Positions 1 through 10,140 of a DNA stretch of 64,000 nt are shown one piece after another. Numbering within the stretch: the stretch's first letter is position 1; every line of letters begins with the position of its first letter. Position numbers and translations under genes: made by a program. This DNA is from an uncultured Actinomycetes bacterium (lineage in GTDB: Bacteria; Actinomycetota; Acidimicrobiia; Acidimicrobiales; Ilumatobacteraceae). Location of the stretch: assembly GCA_963802395.1 (NCBI GenBank), contig CAWDIP010000005.1, positions 851,363 to 915,362 on the forward strand, in the 5' to 3' direction. The notes beneath the pieces are model-generated. The model had not been told where the DNA came from. It saw nothing but the letters and a program-made list of their open reading frames with translations, and did no database searches.

Positions 1-1095
1 GATCTGCCGGTGATCGGCGTCGGGCGGTTCAAGGATCCGTTGCAGGCGGAGCGAGCGTTGGCGGAGGGGCACTGCGACTTGGTCGGTGTCGTGCGCGGCC
101 AGATCGCCGATCCCGAGTTCGCCGCCAAGTCGAGGGCCGGTGCAACCGACGAGGTGCGGCTGTGTTTGTCGTGCAACCAGGAGTGCGTCGGACGGATGGG
201 TTTGAATCGGTGGCTCGGCTGCATCGAGAACCCTCGCACCGGCCGCGAGCACGAGTGGGCAGCGACCGACCACGTGCGCCTCACGGCCAAGCCCAAGCGG
301 GTCATGGTCGTGGGGGCCGGACCAGCAGGGCTCCAAGCCGCCATCGCAGCAGCGCGCAACGGCCACCAGGTGACGGTCTACGAGCAGCAGCCGCATGCCG
401 GAGGCCAGGTCCGCTTGGCCGCGAGCGTGCCCAACCGGGCGGAGTTCGGCGACATGATCCGCAATCAGCTGACCGAGTGCGATCGGCACGGAGTCGCCAT
501 CCACTACGGCGTCGGCGTGTGGCCGGGATTCGTCGCCGAGCAACGGCCCGATCATGTGATCGTCGCCACCGGCGCCGAGGCCGCTCGACCCTGGTGGGCA
601 CCCGCCGATGCGGCCAACGTCTGCGACGTGCGCGACGTACTCACCGGGGCGGCCGAGCCAGTCGGTCACGTCGTCGTGCTCGACGAGATCGGATTCCATC
701 ACGCCACCAGCGTTGCCGAGCTCCTGGCCGACCGCGGCTGCCACGTCGAGGTCATCACCAACGGCATGGTCGTCGGGCAGGACCTCGGCATCACGCTCGA
801 CATGGAGATGTGGTGGATGCGGGCGTCGAAGAAGGGGATCGTGCAAACGACCGATCTCGTCCCGATGGGCATGCAGGGCAGCACCCTCGACCTGCTCCAC
901 CACCCCACCGGGACGAACGTCACCCGGACTCCCGACTGGGTCGTGCTCGCAGTTCCGGCCAGCCCGGTCGAATGGCTGTACCACGATCTCACGGCGGCCG
1001 GTTGGAGCGTCGAGCGAGTCGGCGATTGCGTCGCCCCGCGTCGAGCCCACGCTGCGGTGGTCGATGGTGAGCGGGCCGGGGCGGGGATCCGATGA
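1..1095 (+). CDS. NADH:flavin oxidoreductase / 2,4-dienoyl-CoA reductase (FadH-like), 5'-truncated by window start. The C-terminal part carries the CxxCx3C Fe-S region and the FAD/NAD(P)-binding domain.
   Basis: The ORF runs in frame from position 1. Motifs seen: RLCLSCNQECVG (4Fe-4S cysteine cluster typical of the FadH/OYE-FAD family) and VMVVGAGPAGLQAAIAAARNGHQVTVYEQ (Rossmann GxGxxG). The stop overlaps the purE start (ATGA at 1092-1095). Confidence 0.8.
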   Translation, partial: DLPVIGVGRFKDPLQAERALAEGHCDLVGVVRGQIADPEFAAKSRAGATDEVRLCLSCNQECVGRMGLNRWLGCIENPRTGREHEWAATDHVRLTAKPKRVMVVGAGPAGLQAAIAAARNGHQVTVYEQQPHAGGQVRLAASVPNRAEFGDMIRNQLTECDRHGVAIHYGVGVWPGFVAEQRPDHVIVATGAEAARPWWAPADAANVCDVRDVLTGAAEPVGHVVVLDEIGFHHATSVAELLADRGCHVEVITNGMVVGQDLGITLDMEMWWMRASKKGIVQTTDLVPMGMQGSTLDLLHHPTGTNVTRTPDWVVLAVPASPVEWLYHDLTAAGWSVERVGDCVAPRRAHAAVVDGERAGAGIR

Positions 1096-1580
1096 ACGAG
1101 ATCGTCGCAGTGGTGATGGGATCGGCGAGCGACTGGCCGACGATGAGCAAGGCTGCTGGAGTCCTCGAGGAGTTCGGGGTCTCCCACCGCAGCCAAGTCC
1201 TCTCGGCCCACCGAATGCCCGACGAGATGTTCGCCTTCGCCGAGGCAGCCGAAGCCGCCGGGTTGCGTGCGATCATCGCCGGCGCGGGCGGGGCCGCCCA
1301 CCTGCCCGGGATGCTGGCTGCCAAGACCACGGTGCCCGTGCTCGGTGTGCCGATCGCCACTCGCCACCTCGGTGGCCAGGACTCGCTGTACTCGATCGTG
1401 CAGATGCCCGCCGGAATCCCAGTCGCGACGTTCGCGATCGGTGACGCGGGCGCCACGAACGCGGCCCTCTTCGCCGTTGCATTGCTGGCGAACGATGACC
1501 CCGAGCTCCGCGCCCGACTGCACGAGTACCGGCAGCGCCGACACGACCTCGCCGCAACGAGTGAGCTCCCTGAGCCGTGA
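1092..1580 (+). CDS. purE: N5-carboxyaminoimidazole ribonucleotide mutase
   Basis: 162 aa. MNEIVAVVMGSASDWPTMSKAAGVLEEFGV...AIIAGAGGAAHLPGMLAAKTTVPVLGVP is a textbook PurE sequence. Translationally coupled on both sides. Confidence 0.9.
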   Translation: MNEIVAVVMGSASDWPTMSKAAGVLEEFGVSHRSQVLSAHRMPDEMFAFAEAAEAAGLRAIIAGAGGAAHLPGMLAAKTTVPVLGVPIATRHLGGQDSLYSIVQMPAGIPVATFAIGDAGATNAALFAVALLANDDPELRARLHEYRQRRHDLAATSELPEP

Positions 1581-2746
1581 GCAGACCGATCACCCCGCCT
1601 GCGACCGTCGGGATCCTCGGCGGCGGGCAACTCGGCCGCTATTTCGTGATGGCGGCGCGAACGATGGGCTTCGGCACGATGGTGCTCGACCCCGACCCCC
1701 GCGTGCCCGCAGGAGCGGTGGCCGACGTGCATCTCGTCGCTCCGTTCGACGACCCCGACGCGCTGGCTCGGCTCGGCGCCGAGGCCGCTGTTGTGACGAC
1801 GGAGTTCGAGAACCCGCCGGCCGCCTCACTGGAGCGACTGGCGCAGGCCACCGTCGTGCGTCCCTCGCCTGCGGCCATCGCCATCGCACAGGACCGGCGC
1901 GCGGAGAAGCGCTTCCTCCGTGACCTCGGAGTGCCCACGGCCCCGTTCGCCGTCATCGAGACCGAGGCCGATCTGTCGGCCGCAGGAGCCGCAGGAGCCG
2001 CAGGAACGGTTGGTTTCCCGGCGATCTTGAAGACGGCCCGGATGGGCTATGACGGCAAGGGTCAGCTCGCCGTGATGTCCGCCGACGACTTGCCAGATGC
2101 CTGGCACGAGCTCGGTCGGGTCGCGTGCGTGTTGGAGCGCCGACTGCCCCTCGACCGCGAGGTGTCGGTGGTGTTGGGGCGCGGTATCGACGGTGCGGTC
2201 GCGGTGTATCCGATCGCGGCGAACATCCATGCGGGCGGCATCCTCGACCTGTCGGTTGTCCCGGTCGCTGCGCCCGGCGCGGAACAGCTGGCGATCACCA
2301 TCGCCGAGGCGCTCGGCTACGTGGGCGTCCTCGCCGTGGAGTTCTTCGACGTCGGCGGCGAATTGCTCGTCAACGAGCTGGCGCCGCGCCCGCACAACAG
2401 CGGCCACTGGACCCTCGACGGTGCGGCGACCGATCAATTCGAACAGCAGGTTCGAACGGTGTGCGGCCTGCGCCTCGGCGACCCTGCCCTGTCATCCGGG
2501 GGGTCGGGAGGGGTCGCGATGGCGAATCTGCTCGGGGACCGGTGGGAGCACGGCGAACCCGATTGGGCTGCGGCTTTGTCGGGCCCCGGTACCCACCTGC
2601 ATCTCTACGGGAAGGCCGAGGCGCGCGTCGGGCGGAAGATGGGGCACCTCACCGTGGTGGCCGCAGACCCCGACACCGCTGCCGGGCTCGCGCTCGCGGC
2701 ACGAGACGCCGCTACGCGCAGCGCTCGATCAGGCTCACCCGACTGA
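1577..2746 (+). CDS. purK: N5-carboxyaminoimidazole ribonucleotide synthase (ATP-grasp)
   Basis: 389 aa. N-terminal VGILGGGQLGRYFVMAARTMGF, an ATP-grasp core, and the C-terminal GRKMGHLTVVA motif typical of PurK. The GTG start overlaps the purE stop (GTGA). Confidence 0.9.
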   Translation: MSRPITPPATVGILGGGQLGRYFVMAARTMGFGTMVLDPDPRVPAGAVADVHLVAPFDDPDALARLGAEAAVVTTEFENPPAASLERLAQATVVRPSPAAIAIAQDRRAEKRFLRDLGVPTAPFAVIETEADLSAAGAAGAAGTVGFPAILKTARMGYDGKGQLAVMSADDLPDAWHELGRVACVLERRLPLDREVSVVLGRGIDGAVAVYPIAANIHAGGILDLSVVPVAAPGAEQLAITIAEALGYVGVLAVEFFDVGGELLVNELAPRPHNSGHWTLDGAATDQFEQQVRTVCGLRLGDPALSSGGSGGVAMANLLGDRWEHGEPDWAAALSGPGTHLHLYGKAEARVGRKMGHLTVVAADPDTAAGLALAARDAATRSARSGSPD

Positions 2747-2785
2747 CCGTCGGGCCGCCTCCACCGGCAGTAGTTTGCCCTCACC

Positions 2786-3415
2786 ATGTTCGCCTCGATC
2801 ATCAGTGATTTCACCGACAGCCTGTTCGAGCTCTCGGGGAACTGGTGGTTCCTCGGCGTGATCTTCGCCATCGCCTTCTTCGACTCGGTGATCCCGATCG
2901 TGCCGAGCGAAACGTGTGTGATCATGGGCGGAATCGCCGCGTCGCAAGGTGAGTACTCGGTGTTCCTCGTCATCGCCTTCGGCGCAGCCGGTGCGTTCCT
3001 CGGCGACAACACCGCCTATCAGATCGGCGCTCGCGCCGGACCGTGGTTCGAACGTCGCGCGGCTCGCAAGGAGAAGACGCGAAAGCGGCTGGAGTGGGCC
3101 CAGGAGCAGATCAGCGAACGCGGCGGCCTGCTGCTGATCACCGCCCGGTTCATCCCGGGAGGCCGCACTGCGCTCACGATCTCGAGCGGCATCACTCGGC
3201 AGTCACGGCGGTGGTTCGTCGGATGGATCACCGTTGCGGTCTGCATCTGGGCCACCTACGCGGCGATGCTCGGCTTCGTCGGCGGCAAGGCTGCGAAGGA
3301 CAACCACACCGCAGCGTTCATGATCGCGTTCGGTACTGCACTGGCCGTCAACGTCGTGATCGAGGTCGTGCGCCACGTGCGCAAGCAGCGTGCCGTGCCC
3401 GAGCCGGTGAGCTGA
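2786..3415 (+). CDS. DedA/SNARE-associated (VTT domain) family inner-membrane protein
   Basis: 209 aa, multi-TM. The conserved DedA core FFDSVIPIVPSETCVIMGG...GDNTAYQIG...ITARFIPGGRTALTISSG is present. Confidence 0.75.
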   Translation: MFASIISDFTDSLFELSGNWWFLGVIFAIAFFDSVIPIVPSETCVIMGGIAASQGEYSVFLVIAFGAAGAFLGDNTAYQIGARAGPWFERRAARKEKTRKRLEWAQEQISERGGLLLITARFIPGGRTALTISSGITRQSRRWFVGWITVAVCIWATYAAMLGFVGGKAAKDNHTAAFMIAFGTALAVNVVIEVVRHVRKQRAVPEPVS

Positions 3416-3424
3416 CCGATCGGG

Positions 3425-4962
3425 TCAATGCTCGATCGGCGGTCCCGCCAGCTCGCCGTCAGGATAACGCCACGCAAGGAGTAGGCCCACGCCGAGTGCC
3501 ACGCAGGCCGATACCCGGAGCCCGACATGCCCGCCGGCAACGAACGCGTCACGCACCGATTGGAGAAAGGCGTCGGCCTGCTCGGCTCCGAGGGTGTCGG
3601 CCATCCCTCGGGCCACTCCCGCTGCCCGACCGACATTGCGTCGTGCCTGCTCCGCCAGTTCGGGAGGAAGCGTGTCGAGCGCGCCAGCTACGCGACTGCG
3701 GTAGACCGACGTCACCACGCTGCCCACGATGGCGATTCCGATCGCTCCGCCGAGCTCGCGGGTGGTGTCGTTCACGGCTGAGCCGACACCTGCCTTGTGC
3801 ATCGGAACGCTGCTCATGATCCCGCCCGTGAACGACGGCATCGTGACGGCCATTCCGGCCGCGATCACGACAAGGGTGCCGGCGATGAACACGTAGGACG
3901 TGCGCTGCCCGCACAGCGACAAGCCGAACAACCCGGCGGCGGCGAGCATCGGACCGACCGACACGCATCGTTTGACGCCGAATCGTTTGGCGATGGCTGC
4001 GGACCTCGGCGACACGATGATCATCGTCACGGCGAACGGCAAAGACGCCACCCCGGAATGCAGCGCGCTGTATCCCCTCACGTACTGCAGGAACTGGGTG
4101 AGGACGAAGAAGGTCGAGAACATCGCGAGGAACATGCACGTGATCCCGATGCTCGAGAACGTGAACCGCGGCAGCCGGAACAGACCCATGTCGAGCATCG
4201 GCTCGGCGATGCGTCGCTCCCATGCCACGAACCCGGCGAGGCCGAGCGCTGCGACGAGGAAGCTGCCGCTGACGAGACCCGAGGTCCAGCCTTTCTCGGG
4301 GCCTTCGATGATGGCGAAGAGCAACGCGCTGAAACCCACAATTGACAGCACGGCCCCGACCGGATCGAGCTTCACCGCCCGCTGCTCCTTCGACGTCGGG
4401 GCGAGCATCCAGATCATGACGAACGCGACGGCGGCGATCGGCACGGCGACGAAGAAGACCGAGCCGTACCAGAACCGCCCGAGCAGAGCGCCGCCCATGA
4501 TCGGCCCGATCGCGCCGCCGGCGCCGGCGAAGCCGGCCCACGTCGCGATGGCCTTTTGACGCTCGTGCGGCGGGAACACGCTCGTGAGGAGCGAAAGCGT
4601 CGCCGGCATGATGAGTGCGGCGCCGACTCCCATCAACGCCCGGCAGGCGATGAGGACGTTCGGCGACGACGACTGACTGCAGAGCACCGAGGCCAGCGCG
4701 AAGATCACCAGACCCAGGAGCAGCGCCCCTTTCGTCCGAAACGGTCACCGAGTGCCCCCGCGAACAGCAACAGCCCGGCGAAGACGAGTGCGTAGGCGTC
4801 GACGATCCACAGGATCTGGGTGTCCGTGGGCCGAAGTGTTTCGGCGAGCGTCGGGATGGCGACGTTCACCGAGCTCACCGACGCCACCACCAGCACGAGG
4901 CTGAGGCAGAGGGCGCCCAGGATGTACCACCGCCGCTGATAAGCGTGGGGTTCGATCCCGAA
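3425..4962 (-). CDS. MFS transporter, EmrB/QacA (14-TMS drug:H+ antiporter) family; frameshifted near 4728-4745
   Basis: Two minus-strand ORFs (4705..5373 and 3425..4708) join into one MFS protein. The N-terminal part reads MVNETMVESFGIEPHAYQRRWYILGALCLSLVLV...GDRFGRKG, then the frame changes at a CCCCTTT run and continues ALLLGLVIFALASVLCSQ...RALMGVGAALIMPATLSLL. The total length is about 510 aa, typical for this family. Confidence 0.75.
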
Positions 4963-5026
4963 GCTCTCCACCATCGTCTCGTTCACCATCGCCCCTCCAA
5001 ATTCCCGGCCGCCACCGTACCGCCAC

Positions 5027-5081
5027 CCCTTCTGATCGCGTTTGGACGGCACCTGGGGTGCGCCGAACGCACCAAGAATCG
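5027..5081 (+). repeat. copy A of conserved ~57-nt intergenic element (CCCCTTCTGATCGCGTTTGGACGGCACCTGGGGTGCGCCGAACGCACCAAGAATCG), in the 5' leader of fixB
   Basis: About 80% identical to the copies at 12774-12831 (same orientation) and 8504-8565 (inverted). It lies about 60 nt upstream of the fixB ATG. Confidence 0.6.
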
Positions 5082-5143
5082 AAGCCGGCAGCGCGGCGAC
5101 CCCGCCTGGTCGACCCGGGGAGCGGGTCGGTAGCCTCGCCTCG

Positions 5144-6048
5144 ATGCTTGCGCTCGTCCCGGTTCGAGGAGGTTCCCTGCCGGCGGGCGGAGCCGAGTCC
5201 GTCGCCGAGGCCGAGGGTCGCGCCCTCGTGGTGGGTGAGGGCGCCGTGGTCGCAGCGGAGGAGCTCGTCGGTGTCGCCCACCACGTCGATGCCATCGAAC
5301 TCGGCCACTTCTTGCCCGGCGGCGTGGGCCGCCACCCTCGCGGAGATCCTGGCGCGACGAGCGCGTCGATCATCCTGCCGGCCTGTCCCGATGGTCGCGA
5401 TCTCGCGCCTCGCCTCGCCCATCTCCTCGGGTGGCCGCTTCACGCCGGCGCAGTGGCGATCGGACGAGAGCGGGTGACCTTGGCGCGGCGCGGGGGCCTG
5501 GTGCTCGAAACGGTCGACATCGACGGGGCGTTCGTCGCCACACTCCTTCCAGGGGTGCGAGGAGTCGATCCCGGCTCCCATGCTGCGCCCATCGAAGCCC
5601 GGAGCATGCGCATTGTTGACGGGGTGCGACGACGCCGAAGTCGTCGAAGTGCTTCCGCCCGACGTGACCACCATGGATCTCTCCGAGGCGCCGAGGATCC
5701 TCGGCGGCGGGGCCGGTCTCGCTGGAGCCGAGGCATTCGACGATCTGTCCAAGGTGGCTACCGCGCTCCATGCGTCGATGGGTGCGACCCGGGTGATCAC
5801 CGACCGGGGCTGGCTGGCCCACGACCGCCAGATCGGCACGACGGGGGTGGTGGTGAACCCGAAGTTGTACCTCGCCTTCGGGATCTCGGGCGCCGTCCAG
5901 CACACGCTCGGGCCTGGGCAACCCTGATCACATCATCAGCGTCAACACCGACCCGCACTGCCCGATGATGCAACTCGCCGATGTCGCCATCGTCTCCGAC
6001 GCCAACGAAGTGCTCGAACAGCTCCGGTCGAGGTTGTGTCATGGCTGA
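5144..6048 (+). CDS. fixB: electron transfer flavoprotein alpha subunit (EtfA/FixB); two frame disruptions (~5560-5600 and ~5915-5930)
   Basis: The N-terminal domain MLALVPVRGG...VDAIELGHF...DGRDLAPRLAHLLGWPL is in one frame. The FAD domain (RILGGGAGL...ITDRGW...QIGTTG...NPKLYLAFGISGAVQH) is in a second frame. The C-terminus (IISVNTDPHCPMMQLADVAIVSDANEVLEQL) is in a third frame and ends with ATGA overlap onto fixC. Confidence 0.75.
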
Positions 6049-7345
6049 CGTCGACGTCATCGTCGTGGGCGCCGGACCTGCCGGGTCCTGTGCCGCGCTG
6101 AGCCTGGCGCGAGCCGGGCGGAGCGTCATCCTGTTGGAGCGCGGTCCGTTCCCCGGCTCGAAGAACATGTACGGCGGGGTGGTCTACCCACGGATCCTCG
6201 ATCAGCTCATCCCGAACTGGTGGGACGAAGCGCCGATCCAACGATGGGTGACCCGACGGTCGACGATGTTGATGACCCCGACCCAAGCGATGACCGTCGA
6301 CTTCCGCACGCAGGCCTGGGCGGCACCGCCCTACAACGGTGCCACCGCGTACCGACCCGACTTCGACCACTGGCTGGCATCGAAGGCTCAAGCCGAAGGC
6401 GCGCAGCTGGTCTGCTCGACCACGGTCACCGGGCTGCTGCGTGATCAGCGAACCGGACGGGTCCTCGGCGTCACGACCGATCGTCCGGATGGCGAGCTCA
6501 CAGCCGACGTCGTCATCGCGTGTGACGGCGTGAACAGCTTCATCGCCAAGGAAGCCGGCCTCTACGGCAAGGTCGACGCGGCCAACTACACGCTCGGTGT
6601 CAAAGAGACCCTCGCCCTCCCGAAAGACGTCATCGACGAACGATTCGGCGTGCGCGGCAACGAGGGGGTCGACATCGAGATCCTCGGTGGCACCGGGCAC
6701 GTGAACGGAGGGGGGTTCGTGTACACGAACCTCGACACGCTCGCGGTCGGCGTGGTGCTCAAACTGCCGAAGCTCGCCGCCCAACGCGAGCGACCGGAGG
6801 CGATCATCGCATCGTTGAAGGCCCATCCTGCGATCGCTCCGCTGGTCGAGGGCAGCGAGGTGAAGGAGTACTCCGCTCACCTCATCCCCGAAGCCGGTTG
6901 GACGATGCTCCCGACCCTCGCCACCGACGGGCTGCTCATCGCCGGGGATGCTGCTGCGCTGTGCCTCGCTGCCGGTGTGTGGCTCGAAGGAGTCAACTTT
7001 GCGATGGCATCGGGCATGTACGCCGGGCAGACGGCAGCCGCGGCCCTTCGAGCGGGCGACACCACGGCTCGCGGCCTCGGCGGCTATCGGCGACGTCTCG
7101 AGGAGACGTTCGTGCTGAAGGACCACCGCAAGCTACGGGCCGTGCCCAACCTGGTCCTCAGCGATCGCGTGCAGCATCAATACCCCTCGCTGGTCAACAA
7201 CGTTGTCGAGCGCATGTTTCGAGTCGACAATCCGTTGCCGAAGCCGGGACTCCGGCGAATCCTCAGCCAGGAGCGCAAGCGGGCGGGCGTCAAGATCAAG
7301 GACCTCGCCGTCGATGCGTGGACCGGGATCCGGAGCTTCGGATGA
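6041..7345 (+). CDS. fixC: electron-transfer flavoprotein:quinone oxidoreductase, FAD-dependent (FixC)
   Basis: About 434 aa. MADVDVIVVGAGPAGSCAALSLARAGRSVILLERG is the dinucleotide-binding fold, and overall similarity is to FixC/ETF-QO. The stop overlaps the fixX start. Confidence 0.85.
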   Translation: MADVDVIVVGAGPAGSCAALSLARAGRSVILLERGPFPGSKNMYGGVVYPRILDQLIPNWWDEAPIQRWVTRRSTMLMTPTQAMTVDFRTQAWAAPPYNGATAYRPDFDHWLASKAQAEGAQLVCSTTVTGLLRDQRTGRVLGVTTDRPDGELTADVVIACDGVNSFIAKEAGLYGKVDAANYTLGVKETLALPKDVIDERFGVRGNEGVDIEILGGTGHVNGGGFVYTNLDTLAVGVVLKLPKLAAQRERPEAIIASLKAHPAIAPLVEGSEVKEYSAHLIPEAGWTMLPTLATDGLLIAGDAAALCLAAGVWLEGVNFAMASGMYAGQTAAAALRAGDTTARGLGGYRRRLEETFVLKDHRKLRAVPNLVLSDRVQHQYPSLVNNVVERMFRVDNPLPKPGLRRILSQERKRAGVKIKDLAVDAWTGIRSFG

Positions 7346-7659
7346 AGATCACCACTTCGAGCGGCGATCGCGACTGGCCCGAGATCTCGTTCGAGGACCG
7401 CATGGCCACGGCGGAGTTCCGAGTGCACGAGCGGCCCCACATCACGGTCGACAGCGATGTCTGTCGAAGCTGCACCACGCAGGAGTGCACCGTCGCGTGC
7501 CCGGCCAACCTCTTCATCCCCACCGCAGCCGGTGGCATCCTGTTCAACTACGAGCATTGCTTCGAGTGCGGCACCTGCTATCTGGTGTGCAACAAGGAAG
7601 GCGCCATCACCTGGTCCTACCCGGAGGGTGGGCACGGCGTGGTGTTCAAACGCACATGA
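7342..7659 (+). CDS. fixX: ferredoxin-like protein FixX
   Basis: 105 aa. MKITTSSGDRDWPEISFEDR...CRSCTTQECTVACPANLF...CFECGTCYLVCNKEGAITWSYPEGGHGVVFK matches the FixX 4Fe-4S ferredoxin-like family. It is translationally coupled to fixC and fixA. Confidence 0.8.
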   Translation: MKITTSSGDRDWPEISFEDRMATAEFRVHERPHITVDSDVCRSCTTQECTVACPANLFIPTAAGGILFNYEHCFECGTCYLVCNKEGAITWSYPEGGHGVVFKRT

Positions 7660-8480
7660 CCATCGGCGTCTGCATGAAGTGGGTCGATCGACGACCCGAG
7701 TTGCACGAGAACTCCGTAGCACCCACCGATGCCCGGTTCGCTGGCGTGTCAGCCGCCGATCAGTCCGCGTTGGAGCTCGCTCTGCGCACGGCAGCGGCGT
7801 GGGACGAGGATGTCGTGGCAGTGACCGTCGGACCGTCGGCGGCCATCGCCGTGCTGCGCGATGCACTCGCAGCAGGAACCCACCGAGCCGTGCACGTCGT
7901 CGCACCGGCTGAGCTCGACAGCGCTGGAGTGGCGAGCGTCATCGCGCCCGTCGTCGCCGACTGTTCACTCGTGTGGTGCGGCGACTACAGCCTCGACCGC
8001 GGAACCGGTTCGGTCCCAGCGTTCCTCGCGGCGCACCTCGGTGCCGCCCAGGCGCTCGGGCTGGTGCACGTCGAGCTCGGCTCGGACCGGACCGTGATCG
8101 GGTTGCGCCGTCTCGATGGCGGCCGGCGAGAACGGCTTCGCATCACCGGACCAGCCGTGATCTCCGTCGAAGGCCACGTGGCACCGCTCCGTCGAGCGTC
8201 ACTCGCGGCCGCGATCGCCGCCGGCCGCGCCGGGGTCGTCGAGCTCCATCCCGCGCTCCCAGCCGGCGATCCACGACGCTCCTCGCGGCCTTTCCGTCCG
8301 CGCGCCCGAGTGCTCGCTCCTCCGAGCGGAAGCACCGCCCTCAGCCGGATCGAAGTGCTCACCGACTCGACCGGTAGTCCCACCCGCGGCGAAGTCGTGA
8401 CGCTGGCACCGAGTCAGGCCGCCCACCACATCCTGCAGACCCTGGCCGACTGGGGCTACCTACCCCCCGACGCGATCTGA
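7656..8480 (+). CDS. fixA: electron transfer flavoprotein beta subunit (EtfB/FixA)
   Basis: 274 aa. MTIGVCMKWVDRRPEL...VVAVTVGPSAAIAVLRDALAAGTHRAVHV...CSLVWCGDYSLDRGTGSVPAFLAAHLG matches the ETF beta family. ATG 7656 overlaps the fixX stop. Confidence 0.8.
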   Translation: MTIGVCMKWVDRRPELHENSVAPTDARFAGVSAADQSALELALRTAAAWDEDVVAVTVGPSAAIAVLRDALAAGTHRAVHVVAPAELDSAGVASVIAPVVADCSLVWCGDYSLDRGTGSVPAFLAAHLGAAQALGLVHVELGSDRTVIGLRRLDGGRRERLRITGPAVISVEGHVAPLRRASLAAAIAAGRAGVVELHPALPAGDPRRSSRPFRPRARVLAPPSGSTALSRIEVLTDSTGSPTRGEVVTLAPSQAAHHILQTLADWGYLPPDAI

Positions 8481-8503
8481 CGGCGTCATCCAACCGGGAC
8501 CCT

Positions 8504-8565
8504 GCGATTCTTGGTGCGTTTCGTGTACCCCGTGTGCCGATGGAACGCGATCAGAATGTTGGGGG
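8504..8565 (-). repeat. copy C (inverted) of the conserved ~57-nt intergenic element, between fixA and the PQQ-propeller gene
   Basis: The reverse complement reads CCCCAACATTCTGATCGCGTTCCATCGGCACACGGGGTACACGAAACGCACCAAGAATCGC. Confidence 0.6.
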
Positions 8566-8583
8566 TGGGTACGGTGCGGGGGG

Positions 8584-10140
8584 ATGGGAGGGAGCCCGGG
8601 GTCGACGTGGGGCCGCGGTGCGGTGTTGGCCGTTGCGGGGGTGACGTTGGCGGTGGGCGTGGCTCGGGCATCGGCTGCTGATGAGGCCCACGATGTCGAG
8701 GCCCAGCGCCCCACCCAGCCCGACAGCGGGGTGAGCGACGCGGGAACCGGACCTGCCTCGACGGCCACGGTCGTCGCCGAGGCGGCTCAACTGGAGCCGC
8801 TGGCGGATCCGGCGGGCTTCCAGCAGCCGTGGGGCGACACGGTGGAGGGACTGCTCACGTTCCGGGGCAATCCGACCCGCTCGTACCACGGCGAGGGCCC
8901 GGTTCCGGCCGAACCGGTGGTCCGGTGGCGGTACCCCGACGATCGCATGTGCAGTCTGTCGACCGAGTTCAACCAGACCCGAGAATGGTGCGGCACCGGC
9001 TGGACCGGGCAACCCGCCGTGTTCGAGCGAGGCGGGCGCACGTGGGTGGTGTTCGGTGCCTACGACGCCAAGATCCACTTCGTCGACGGCGCGACGGGCG
9101 AAGAGATCCTCCCCCCGCTCGAGACCGGCGATCTCGCCAAGGGAGCCATCACCGTCGACCCCGACGGCTACCCGCTCGTCTATGCCGGTTCGCGTGACAA
9201 CGAGCTGCGGGTCATCGCCATCGACCGACCCGAACCGACGGTGCTGTGGAGCCTCGACGCCGCCGACGCCGGCGAAGGGCGATGGAACGACGACTGGGAC
9301 GCGGCGCCGTTGGTGGTCGCCGACCACCTCGTCGAAGGTGGCGAGAACAGTCGGCTCCACGTGATCGCGCCTCACCGCGCGCTACGACGGCCGACGGCTC
9401 GGTGGCGGTCGCTCCTCGGCTGGTGTGGAGCGCCCCCGGCTGGGACGACCAGCTCCTGGCCGACCTCGGCGACCACCGGGTGAGCTTCGAGAGCTCGGTG
9501 ATGATGCTCGGCGACATCGCCTATCTCGCCAACTCGGGCGGTCTCGTCCAGGGATGGGACCTGTCGTCGTTGCGAACGGATGCCCCGACACCGCAGCGGG
9601 TGTTGCGCTTCTGGACCGGCGACGACACCGACGCCACCATCGTCGGCGACGCCGAGGGCTTCCTGTACGTGGGGGTCGAGGTCGACCGCGACACCGAGCG
9701 CGGGCCACGCCATCGGCCAGTTGCTGAAGCTCGATCCGCGCCGCCCGGAGGCGCCGGTGGTCTGGTCGGTCGACGTCGACGGCGGCGACAACAGCGGCAG
9801 CTGGTCCACGGCCGCCGTCGTGGGCGACACGGTGATCTGGCCCACCAAGCCGGGCCGAGTCTTCGGGATCGATCGCGCAGTCGGGCTCGACCCGCTGGAC
9901 CCTGCAACTGCCCGGCCCGATGATCGGTTCGCCGACCGTCGTCGACGGCACGATGGTGCTCGGCGACGCCCGAGGAGTCCTCCACGCGTTCACGCTCGGC
10001 GACGGAACGCTGCCGCCCGACCGAGGCCTGGCAGATCACGCTCGGTGGCACCATCGAGTCGACCGCGGCGGTCTGGCGCGGCTCGATCTACGTGGGCACC
10101 CGCGACGGCCACCTCTTCTCGATCGGTGGTCGGATCGTGA
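8584..10140 (+). CDS. secreted PQQ-like / BamB-like beta-propeller repeat protein; at least 4 frame disruptions
   Basis: A signal-peptide-like N-terminus (AVLAVAGVTLAVGVARASAA) is followed by repeated propeller-blade motifs (WVVFGAYDAKIHFVDGATGEEI, PLVYAGSRDNELRVIAIDRPEPTVLWSL, DIAYLANSGGLVQGWDLSS, DTVIWPTKPGRVFGIDRAVG, SIYVGTRDGHLFSIGG). These are spread over 4-5 successive reading frames between 8584 and 10140. The proposed 3' end assumes a TGA at 10138-10140 overlapping the mftE GTG. Confidence 0.6.

Noticed and set aside
699-1732. Long minus-strand ORFs (281 and 247 aa) antisense to the FadH-like and purE genes
   Set aside because: Arg/Pro/Gly-rich low-complexity translations typical of antisense frames in a high-GC genome. 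The sense-strand genes have clear family signatures.
3416-3439. 7-bp stem hairpins at the DedA/MFS (3416-3439) and acdS/SRPBCC (46955-46971) convergent junctions as terminators
   Set aside because: The stems are short and overlap the stop codons of both convergent genes. The signal is too weak to call without 3'-end data.
4745-7126. 386-aa and 394-aa minus-strand ORFs opposite fixB/fixC
   Set aside because: Antisense GC-artefact ORFs. The plus-strand ETF genes are unambiguous.
8540-8570. GGAAC...GTT in the inverted element copy as an ECF-sigma promoter
   Set aside because: The spacer is about 11 nt, too short for ECF -35/-10 geometry. More parsimonious as part of the conserved repeat element.
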